Origin: Octopus sinensis
Taxonomy: Eukaryota
DNA length: 64,000 bases
Assembly (NCBI RefSeq): GCF_006345805.1
Contig: NC_043012.1
Location: 10,292,001-10,356,000 of the forward strand
Direction: 5' to 3'
Position 1 is the stretch's first letter, and every line of letters starts with the position of its first letter. Below, in pieces: positions 39,240-50,573 of the stretch. The notes beneath the pieces were generated by a model. It did no database searches. It worked only from the letters and a program-made list of their open reading frames with translations, and had not been told where the DNA came from. The position numbers and the translations under genes are program-made.

Positions 39240-40358
39240 AAGAAAGAGGGAGTGTGTGAGAGTGAGAGGTAGTCTTATAGTACTTCTATCCAAAATATTT
39301 CTGAATGTATATGTACGGTCGTTTAAGGACAGGTCCTCTTACGCAATAACGTAACAGCACGATGAACTTATACAACGTGCAAACATTTTCTCTTTGGCGA
39401 CGGAAACGTGGCTTCACTATTAAAAACAAGAAGAAACGTGTTTCAAAAACGAATTAACAACAGCACGAATATTCTTCCCGTGATTCTCAGTCGCATTAAT
39501 TCGTCATGAAATACCGCGACTAGATTATTTTGTTGAAAACCAGAGAATGAATGAATGCAATATCTATGGCGCCTAGATATATTGTTTTTGAAATAACCAA
39601 ACTGGGAAAGTTTTAATGGAGATGAATGACAAATACTTTACAACCACCGGTTAACACAAGTATTATTTCATCCATTTAAATTTCTTCCAGTTACAGAAAC
39701 AACTTCGATTTCTTCCAATCAAATAACAAAAATTGTTACTTCGTTTGAGCCACTCAAATGATGTTTTATGTATTCTTATATTTATCAGGCAATTGAAGTT
39801 ACGCATATCTCGCAAGCTCCTAGAGCAATCATGAACGAACATTTACGAGAAGCGTGCCGCATTAGCTCATCATCATGTGCTTTACTCTACTGAAAAAATT
39901 AAATTTTCATTAGGTGCAGCATTCAGAATGTTTCAATAGCTGTAGAATTCCCAAGACTGTCACAGAGGATGCGTGGCTGTAGCATCAAATAAAACAGTTC
40001 GAAGCGGGAAACAATGCGATTGGGTCTGAATGAAAAGTGACAAATCCCGTCTTAGAAATACCTGTCTGTAGAATTTGAACCCTACTGAACTAAAATACGA
40101 AATCAGTACGTAACTGATGCACATGACTGCATAACTATGTCATATTCGTAGTACAAGGTCCACAATTGACCAGTGTTCTTTTTTTTAATTGAAAAATCAT
40201 ATTTAGTTAATTACCAGGTAAGTTTAAAGAGCTAATCATGTAACCTGAGACGTATTTTTAACTCGTAATTTATCGGTGTAATAATTCAGTAGAATGCGTC
40301 TGGGAATCATTAACCTGTGACACACACACTTATATAAACACATATACATATATATATA

Positions 40359-40431
<73 letters not shown>

Positions 40432-40859
40432 CTCTAATTATGTTCGTATATGTGCATTATCTCAGACTTGCCCTAGTATATAAAAACTTCTCATCGTTAT
40501 CCTGGGGTCCAGAATCCAAAGTCATAGCTTGGTATTTTCTACAAATGTGTTTTCGCCTTGCACGCTGCTTGCTTGAATTTTTATGAGTAAATTAAGATTG
40601 AAAGAAACTGTAGAAAATTCTATGGTGAATAGAAACCTGCAACTTAACATTTCAGTCTGGCACCCTGTGTCACGCGCAGTATATCTTTAATAATAACATT
40701 AAGGTTAGACATTTCTGTGGTATATTTTAATGAGTGTAGTGCGGTTAGTAATTCACACCTAATGACGAAAGAACTGGAAACTCATACGTCATTGTCGTCA
40801 TCAGCGAACAATCCGTAATATGTAAGTTTATACACATACAGATATGCATATATACATAG

Positions 40860-40891
40860 AAACAGACAGACAAACAGGCAGACATCCAGGC

Positions 40892-40969
<78 letters not shown>

Positions 40970-41000
40970 GTAGGTAGGTAGATAGATAGATAGATAGAAA
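40860..41000. repeat. (GACA)n/(GATA)n microsatellite
   Basis: Seen directly. Confidence 0.95.
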
Positions 41001-41477
41001 AATAGAGTAGGTGGTAGATAAAAAGTGATACAGAGAGATTTATATGTAAATGTACATAGTTCGAAAAGGATCGAAATAGAAGAAAGAAACAATTAACTAG
41101 AACGGACAGATGAGAAATATACATGCTAATACTCTCTTTGAACATAGAGCCCAGATTTAGCGAAGTTTCCGCACGTTTAAAATACCAATATTTTAAATTC
41201 CATGATTCTTTATTCCCTGTATACGCCAAGCAATACTGAGAATGTCAATGAGCTGATTGAAAAAAGAACAACGGGCTTGTCTCACAGAGAACGTTTCCTG
41301 ATACTTTTGGGAACCTAATCACATACACACATACATACAGACACACACTCATACATCTTTCTATCTCTCTTTCTCTCTCTCTATGTATATATATATATAT
41401 ATATATATAGTCAAATTTGTTGTTGATAATGCACCTACATTTGAAAAACTTGTAATTGTTTTTAAATAAATTTATTT

Positions 41478-41590
41478 ACAAAAGAGACCGATAGAATAAG
41501 TATTAGGCTTACAAAGAATAAGTCCTGGGGTCGATTTGCTCGAATAGAGGTGGTGCTCCAGCATGGCGACAGTCAAATGACTGAAACGAA
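41478..41590 (+). mobile_element. 3' fragment of the long SINE family (44361/48600 type)
   Basis: caaaagagaccgatagaataagta..gtgctccagcatggc..agtcaaatgactgaaac. Confidence 0.85.
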
Positions 41591-41844
41591 TTGCAGCTCC
41601 AGCCATTGTGACGGGTATCTATGCTTTCCGTGTACTCATTTTCAGTCAAACGTTTTAGGTCGGTTCTTCGCATGGTAATTCAATATGACGGTTTCCAAAG
41701 TGTGGGAAGTAATGAGTGCTCATTTGTTGGAACTAACAAGAGAGACATGATGATGATCATCATCATCATCATCATCTTCCTCATCATCATCATCATCATC
41801 ATCAATAAGTATTTGTGTGCAACATATAACAATAATATATACAA

Positions 41845-42070
41845 TCCATTCTCATTTTGGCACAAGGCCATCAATTTTGAGGGGAAGGGAAATTCGATTA
41901 CCTAAACTTCGACACTCGGCTCGTACTTAATTGTATCGAACTTACAAAGATGAAAAGCAATTCTGACCTCGGCGAGATTTGAACTCTAACGTAAAAAGCT
42001 GAAAAAACTGTCACCAGGCTTTTTTCTTTTTTATTTCATGACGCTCCAGCATTTCTGTCAACTCGCCACA
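41845..42070 (-). mobile_element. Eroded SINE of the 56147 family
   Basis: Plus strand gatgaaaagcaattctgacctcggcgagatttgaactc is the reverse complement of the family body. Confidence 0.6.
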
Positions 42071-42470
42071 TTTTAATTATAATAACAACCATCATATCTG
42101 ATGCAAGCTATATTGACACTGGGCATATAATAATATCTCTTTGATTGTTCAAAAATCGCAGATTTCTGCAGATATTGCTAGACGGAAATTTGCTAAGATA
42201 AACATGTTGCTTTTGTCCATCTTGTAATTGATAATGTTGCTGATATTGTCATATTTTCAACACCTTCATTTACTCTACTTCGCATTCACACACAATTATT
42301 TTGATGTGCAAATTGTTGTCAATAGACCGCAAGTAATATCATCGTCTCTATTTAACATGTCACGAAAAATGTTATGATTCCAGCAGCAATTCTTTTGATT
42401 TCCAGTCTTTATATATATATGATCTCAGTTCTTATGTCTACATTTATTTATTTTTCTGTCTGTTCTGCAG

Positions 42471-42499
42471 ATTCTGTAGAAAATTTAGAAATTGTTTCG
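42471..42499 (+). CDS. Candidate 29-nt micro-exon (xSVENLEIVS)
   Basis: Very strong acceptor tttatttatttttctgtctgttctgcag and donor TCG|gtaaat. Confidence 0.25.
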
Positions 42500-42873
42500 G
42501 TAAATTTGTAAGAGATAGAATAGATTTAATGGATCAATAATCCACAGGTGTCGAAGTAGTATTTTTGACATCCAGTGTATTCTAAGTAAAATGAAATCAC
42601 CCACATATTAGTAAAAATCGGCAGTTTAAAAACTTTTAATTTGTTACAAATGTATCTGCCATGTCTCTCATGCTAGTATATCGCGGAAATTCGTGACTAT
42701 TTCCAAGAATTAGGAAGTGACTCTTTCAAAGAGACCTTTACCATCAAACAATAATTTTTGTCTTGCTATGAACTACGCCCTATATATAAGGATTTCTTCA
42801 TACTTAGGAAAAGCAGAGGAAATCAGATTAAAACCGTGAGTAACGTCAAACCATTTAATTAGTCACAAATTTA

Positions 42874-43300
42874 GGATCTTTTTGGTTTGAACGGCAGTTT
42901 TTTCTAGCGGTGTCATATGAAATTGTCACCCATAATTATGACCCTAGTATCGATCTATTGCATTTCAATCTGTTTTAGAGTTAGGGTTAGGGTTAGGGTT
43001 TGGGGTGGGGTGAAGGGTATCTTTTTTTCTTCACAAATGTAAATAAACCCAATCTGTTTCTTAAACGAAGGACATATTCATAAGGCACAGAATGATTTTA
43101 ACTCAATGGACGTATTTGATTGGTTGAAATTGCAGAAATTGAAGAAGAAAACAACAAATATCTTACAAACTATAGAATTTTCTCAATAAAGCCAAGAGAA
43201 AAAAATGTTTTATAAACACATTCTACCAGTATACGAAGTTTGAAATCTTTTAGTTACCTAGAAATTATGCTAAAAATTGCTGTTCAAACCGAAAAGATCC
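42874..43300. mobile_element. 427-bp MITE, Merlin-like (or hAT), with internal telomeric repeats
   Basis: 28-bp TIRs starting GGATC (3 mismatches); perfect 8-bp TSD caaattta at 42866-42873 and 43301-43308; (TTAGGG)3 at 42981-42998. Confidence 0.93.
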
Positions 43301-43949
43301 CAAATTTATATTGTTAAGCAATATGCTATTTTAGCAGGAACACCTAATGGCCTGAATAAGTAGTTGATGTGTTTTTTGTTCACGTTACTTTTACATAGAT
43401 ACGAATGAAGTTCATTACATTCCGTATTTCTCCGCCTCTAAGCAAAAAATATTATGCGTCTATGTAAAGTATATTTATAAACATACTATTCAATCCACTA
43501 CATTGGCAACATTCCAAACTTATGCCCAATTCGTTTGGATTAACATTTGGATTTTATCGAACACAACAGATTATTTACTTACTCATAAACCCATAGCACT
43601 ATTTCTAGAAATATTCTCAACTGAAAGAGGAAACCTTGTTCAAAATATTTTCAGCTTCCGGCGCTATAGAAAATAACTATTGCGAATAACATTATTTGAT
43701 TGAATGAATTGACTTTCCTATATGTAGAGTTTCGAAGGAAGCCCTCGCAATTGCTAGAGTAAATTTCCGTTAAACTAAATTATTGTTGCATTATGAATTC
43801 TATTGCCGACATATTCGAATTGCTGTGGTTTCGTTGTGTGAGCAGCTGACCAAACAGAGTTATATTTACAGTAGCTACGTTAATCATTTGAAATTGGCAA
43901 CAACCAGCACATGTGGGAATGTTTCTACTGTATCCATACAAGCATATCC

Positions 43950-43953
43950 ATCC

Positions 43954-44031
<78 letters not shown>

Positions 44032-44109
44032 ATATCTATCTATCTATCTCTATCTATCTATCTATCTATCTATCTGTTTGTGTGTCTGTATGTCTATCTA
44101 TCTATCTTC

Positions 44110-44176
<67 letters not shown>

Positions 44177-44225
44177 ATCTATCTATCTATCTATCTATCT
44201 AGCCATCTATCTATCTATCTATCTG
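43950..44225. repeat. (ATCT)n microsatellite
   Basis: Seen directly. Confidence 0.95.
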
Positions 44226-44360
44226 AATGTTGCCTGTCTGTTGTCTATCTATCTGATTGGCTATATGGCTGGTTGCCTGTTTGCTTTTTCTATCTCTGTC
44301 GCTATTCATGCATGTATGTATGTATCTTTTTTGCATGTATATATATGTATACATATGTAT

Positions 44361-44604
44361 AGGCGCAGAAGTGGCTGTGTGGTAAGTAGCTTGTTTACCA
44401 ACCACATGGTTCCGGGTTCAGTCCCACTGCGTGGCATCTTGGGCAAGTGTCTTCTACTATAGCCTCGGCAAAAGAGACCGATAGAATAAGTACCGGGCGT
44501 ACAAAAGAATAAGTCCCGGGATCGAGTTGCTCGATTAAAGGCGGTGCTCCAGCATGGCCGCAGTCAAATGACTGAAACAAGTAAAAGAGTAAAAGAGTAA
44601 AAAG
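44361..44604 (+). mobile_element. tRNA-headed SINE with a precise internal deletion and (gtaaaaga)n tail
   Basis: Head aggcgcagaagtggctgtgtggtaag..gggttcagtccc joined at tcgg (44465-44468) directly to the 3' body. Confidence 0.92.
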
Positions 44605-44695
44605 AGAGAGTATGTGTATGATTATGTGCATGCTTGTATATGTATGTCTGTGTGTGTAATAAGTGCACTTATGCATGCGTATATGCATATATATA

Positions 44696-44751
<56 letters not shown>

Positions 44752-45629
44752 GGGATAAGATCGTCAATTTAAATATCGATCTTATCAAGTCGCCAGCATG
44801 GGAATAAAAACCTACAAAGGTAATAATTATTATTAAAATTATCATTTAGGTTATCGAAGAGCGTGGTGGTATCTCTTCGATACTGTAATTTCTTTGAAAT
44901 GAACACGTGTATATTCCATAGAGAGAAAGAGAAAAAGAGAGAGAGCGAAACGGGGGAGAGAGACGGAGGGAGAGAGTGAGAGAATAACACACGTACACAC
45001 AATCTCATTACCCCATTGAAACATTCAAAGTCTTATACATCCATTTCACACCGAAATACTTTCTCACACACCTGCTTCACGCTATTGTTGCTTTTGAGGC
45101 ACAAATGCCTTGCTATGGACTTGGTCTGTAGGTGGCACAATCTCCTTAGTGTCTTTCGCCAGTTGCCCCCAAGCAATAACAAACTAATTTTGCAGTGAAA
45201 TCACGGCTGCCAAAGTTATTTTTATATGGAAATTTGTCGTGCACGTAACGTCAATCTAGCTAGAAATGTGTTTCATCGACTGTCGCATTATATATAAGCA
45301 TTTCGCTTTCGTTATCCTTTCCATGCCTGTATGTTAAATTTGAAGAATACTTAAGATTATATCCCGTTCTTATACGGAGCTTGTCTCAACGACCATTTAT
45401 AATAATGATATAACATCAACTGAAGGATATAAATTTACTAATTTTAATAAGTCAAGAATTTACGTTACATAGTATATGGTATGCATGTTCTTACTTTACT
45501 TTTTCGCTACGTGAAACAACGGCAAACTTCCGACTGGTTATTTTGCCATCTCTCTGTATGTGCATGATATTTCCAATTTTTAATATCTATATTTCTTTTC
45601 AAAACAACCACAACAACAACAACAACAAC

Positions 45630-46016
45630 AACAATAACGATAAGATCTTGAAATATAAATTAGCAAAATATGGAATCTGAAGACTACAACAATCCCTGTT
45701 GTCAAAGGTACCCTGGGAATGATAGCAAAAAGGGCTGATACCAGGAAACCCCAAACAGGCAAAAATTCAAAAGATGGCACTCATAGGAACTGCCCATATC
45801 CTACGCAAAATACTTTCTATGTAATCTCAAGTTTTAAAACAAAGATACTTTTTCTTATGGTTTCTTAAACATTCTCTAGAACAACACTATGTACAAATCC
45901 AAATATATGACACACTAGACATAACATCATCATGAACTTCCAACTTATTGTCTCTTGAGGCCACTGGGTGAGACTTGGAGCCATCGTGTACAAATGTAAA
46001 GCAAAAGTCGAACATA
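45630..46016 (+). mobile_element. 3' end of an R4/Dong-like element
   Basis: IWNLKTTTIPVVKGTLGMIAK..ALIGTAHILRKILSM*, then a 3' UTR running into (AAT)n. Confidence 0.8.
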
Positions 46017-46017
46017 A

Positions 46018-46070
<53 letters not shown>

Positions 46071-46080
46071 TAATAATACT
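46017..46080. repeat. (AAT)n microsatellite
   Basis: Seen directly. Confidence 0.95.
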
Positions 46081-46683
46081 ATTGTCCTGATGCAGTACCA
46101 GGCAGTGGCTCTCATGGTTTCTAATCTTAACTGATTGAAAGTTTTATTATGTACATTGTTTTGTCTTGGTATAAGAGATAGGCTGCAGGAAATATTTTGC
46201 TCAATGCCAGCCATTTGCTTGTTAGTTGTTTGACCTTAACCAGTTCAGGTTGTTTCTCAGTGACTGACAATATTTGCATCTCTGATTACGAGCAGAAACA
46301 GAGGGGGAGCATCATAGCCATGTGTTGAGAGGAATTCTTTGGGATTTGAATAATTCACCATCGGGAAGTTGCGTGTTTCGTTCAACATCCTTAAACAACC
46401 CTCATTCAGGTACCTTTTGAACGGGGAGTGTTACTCGACCAGAAGAACATTCTAACTGAGCCCCAGCTGCAAGGTCATGCGCGGTTAATCTTGATATATG
46501 ATCATCATGTCGCACACATATGTTTGTGTACCTTTATCAGACAGGCAGTCATGATGGTATAGAGGGCTTCGTATATTTTACCCCAGTGTCACTTTGATGG
46601 CATGAACTGCTCTCTCCCTCAATAATAATTATGATGAGGATGAAGATGATGATGATAATAATAACGATGTTGGTAATGATAAT

Positions 46684-48417
46684 AAAAGAGGAACTCGTAA
46701 AAACCAAAGCCATCCTCATCAGAAGAGGAATATTCCCGAGAGACACGCTCTTTCCACCCCCTTTTCTTCTTCGTACTGTAATACAACTGTTGTAGAATCA
46801 CAAAATGGTCGTCTCTTGTAAATGGATGATCTAAACCTGTATGCTAGGAATGGTAAACAGCTGGAAACTTTTGTACATACAGTACATGGATTTACTAAAG
46901 AAATATATATTAAATTTGGTTTAGAAAAATATGCCAAAGCAATCTTGAAAATAGGAAAACTAGTTAAGAGTAGCAACATCACACTAGATAAGGCAAATGA
47001 AATAAAAGAATTAGACCAAAGACAAACATACACATAATTAGGAACCAATGAACTAGATGCGATACGACACACACATGAAAGAGAAGATAAGAAAGGAAAA
47101 CTATAGACCGTAGATTAATACTGAAAACAGAACTAAATGCGTACAACAATATAATAGGTATGAACACTCTAGCCGTTCCAGTTATAAGTTACAGCTACAA
47201 TGTTCTTAATTGGACTTCAAATGAACTAATCAAAATAGAAAGGAAAATAAGAAAAATAATGACAGGATTTAGGCTGCACCACTCCAAAGGCCTTATACAA
47301 CTAGGAAACAATTACAAAACAACCACCAGAGAACTGCAGAAATACCTACTTCAGAAGTAAAGAAAACTAATACAACTTGCCACAAAAGACGAACAGAACA
47401 AAAGCCTGTTTTCTGCCTCTAAGGAAGCTGACGAATGCAGACATGTCATAGTACCTAACCACTATGAAGAAAAAGAAGAAACAACAAAAGCTGTAAAACA
47501 GCTGAAATCCAATCTATAACTAGAACAACAAGGTGTCATGACAAAATGATGGCAATAAAAACCCTTACATGGCAAATATTGGGTTAAGCTAAACTGAAAA
47601 GAAATAGACAAAGCAAAATCCCAACAATGGCGGAGAAGCTCAGGACTCACAGCAGGGACTGAAGAATTTTTAATTGCAACAAAAGATCAAAGCCTTCCCA
47701 CTAGATATCACAAAAAAAACACGCAATGGAAAGGAATACAACAAGTAACTGCAGAATATGTAGTGATGGAGAAGAAACAATAAATCGTTTCTCTGGCCGC
47801 ACAGTCATGGCTAAGAAGGAATTAATTTATATACACGACAGAGTTGGAACCTATATAAACTGGAAACTATGCCTACACAGTGGAATATTACAGAAAAAAG
47901 ATGGTATTGTCATACCCCAGAAAAGGTCACAGAAATTTAGAACGCAACAATATTTTGGGATTTGCCAATACACACACTAACACACACATACATTAAAGCT
48001 AATAGGTCGGATATAGTTGTCAGAGATCCCCAAGAGAAACAATGCTTTCTAATCGATGTATCAGTATCAACAGATGACAATGCTACTTTAAAAGAAATGG
48101 AGAAATTTTCAAAATACAAAGATCTGGAAATAGAGGTAACTGGAATGTGGGGGCCTAAAAGCAGAAAAAATTCCGACCATTGTAAGCGCATTATTTATGT
48201 TTTAAAAATAAAACATTCAAATATTTAACCATAAAAACAGGACTTACAAGTGTATATAACATTTAAAAAATAGAACTACTAAGCTACGCACACATCTTAC
48301 GTAAAACACTTTCAATACAGTGAAAATAAAAGGATCACAACAATCCACGGCACACACTGAAGGAACGCAGAGTTGCGCTCGGTAGTGCAGTGAAAGCACG
48401 TGATAAAAATAAGACTA
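46684..48417 (+). mobile_element. 5'-truncated, decayed R4/Dong-like non-LTR retrotransposon (RT, CCHC, RLE)
   Basis: RRGIFPRDTLFPPLF (QGDSLSP box); LL*MDDLNLYA (YMDD); FGLEKYAK; NTLAVPVISYS; CRICSDGEETIN..HDRVG; NRSDIVVRD..LIDVS..KYKDLEIEV (PD-D/ExK endonuclease). Confidence 0.92.
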
Positions 48418-48503
<86 letters not shown>

Positions 48504-48590
48504 TAATAATAATCATAACAATTATTATTATTATCATTATTATTATTATTATTATTATCATTATAATTATCATTACTATTATAATTATCA
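48418..48590. repeat. (AAT)n immediately followed by (ATT)n (inverted microsatellite pair)
   Basis: Seen directly; polarity switches near 48520. Confidence 0.9.
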
Positions 48591-48599
48591 TTCTTCTTT

Positions 48600-49043
48600 C
48601 TTTTCTTTTCTTTTATTTGTTTCAGTCATTTGACTGCGGCCATGCTGGAGCACCGCCTTTAGTCGATCAAATCGACCCCGGGACTTATTCTTTGTAAGCC
48701 CAGTACTTATTCTATCGGTCTCTTTTGCCGAATCGCTAAGTAACGGGGACGTAAACACACCAGCATCGGTTATCAAGCAATGCTAGGGGGACAAACACAG
48801 ACATACACACACACATACACACACACATATATATACATATATACGACAGGCTTCTTTCAGTTTCCGTCTACCAAACGCACTCACAAGGCTTTGGTCGGCC
48901 CGGGGCTATAGCAGAAGACACTTGCCCAAGATGCCACGCAGTGGGACTGAACCCGGAACCATGTGGTTGGTTAGCAAGCTACTTACCACACAGCCACTTC
49001 TGCGCCATAGCCACTCCTGCGCCTATGCCACTCCTGCGCCTAT
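48600..49043 (-). mobile_element. Full-length long tRNA-headed SINE with a triplicated 5' end
   Basis: Same head and 3' body as 44361 plus the middle segment and an internal (CA/TA)n; three 17-bp head repeats at 48993-49043. Confidence 0.93.
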
Positions 49044-49044
49044 A

Positions 49045-49097
<53 letters not shown>

Positions 49098-50508
49098 GGT
49101 GCTGCTGCTGCTGCTGATGATGATGATGATGGTAATGATAATAATGATGATGATATTATATGTATATATACGTTTATATATCAATATGTATTATTAACGT
49201 TATAATTCTATTTTCATTTTAAAAAATGACATTTTGATAATGTTATACAAATATCATATTAACCTGATAAATGAGCATTTGTCAAGTCTGATTTTTCATG
49301 TAAATAAACCTATGAACGTTTCTTCACCTGTTGCTCAATATTTAACTGAGAAAAATATGATTTCTTATTATCTAATATAAATGCAGTTAAATATTTAGAA
49401 ACAAGGAAATATGTAATTCAGACGACATCTGCTGAGATTCTTCTCTGTTTACGTGTTCGGTTACTGATACCCACGTGACTTATTGATTAGCTTTCTAGAA
49501 GTATTTTTCCATATAAAACACAATTTGGAAATTTTAAATATATACAAGACCGATAACTCAGCTAATTCTATCTTATTACTACAGAAACTCTAGACATCTT
49601 TAGGGATCTTTGTAATATTCAATTTATCAAAATAATGCTCCACAGAACTTTTATGATATTCAACTCGATATCTGTGTCAGAAGGTGAGTAGAGTTGTATA
49701 TATCTACTTTTAAATGTATTGTTCGTTAAACCTACGCCTATACTGCTAGTAGTAACTCTTCTCCCTATAAGGCCAATCTGCCTTTGAAGGGCCACCGGCT
49801 ACTACATAGCAGCTCCTCAATCTCTTATTCATTTGTAAGAAAGGGTACTATGTCCTCGAGAATCCTCCCTCGCTCATCTTTCGTCGGGTGATCAGCCATA
49901 AACGCACTTACTTTTCTGTATGATTTATCACTTGGCCAAACAGCTCCAACGAACTATATATATATATAATGTATACGGAAAAAAGTAATATTTATCCACG
50001 CTTAAACGTGGACGTTCTCTTAGAACATTATATAACTGATAGCATGGAGGTACATTTCCACCACCGCCAGTGCCAAGACCACCAGAACAGGTGATTTCCG
50101 GCCATTCGCTATCGGTGACACCGGCGATTGTTTTCGCATTGCTATTCTATATATCGCTCTTGAAGACGAATCCCTGCTATCTTTAGCAGCCGGGCGTCCA
50201 TCACTTAGAATGCCACAGTAAGCCGCAATCATTTTATCACGTTATCTGTTAGTCTCGGGGCTGGAGGTGGCGGTGATTTATCTCGCCACTCGGTAAATAC
50301 CTTTTGGTATTAATATTGCCGCTGTCGCTAATAAATATCTTTGAAGAAGCATAGAAGTATATCTATTAATTTTCGTCTGTGTATTTGTCAATTATTTTGT
50401 TTATCTTTCCTCTGCTGGTTATCGTACATATTTTTTCCACATTTCTGTTTTTCCTCGCCATATTCCTTATCCTCCTTTATCTTACACTCAATCTGTTCCA
50501 TCCTATTA

Positions 50509-50573
<65 letters not shown>

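Noticed and set aside
40760-40810. CUGAUGA on the minus strand
   Set aside because: No stem II/GAAA follows; the heptamer is expected by chance.
42981-42998. Chromosome end or telomere-healing site
   Set aside because: Only three perfect repeats, located inside a TIR/TSD-bounded MITE.
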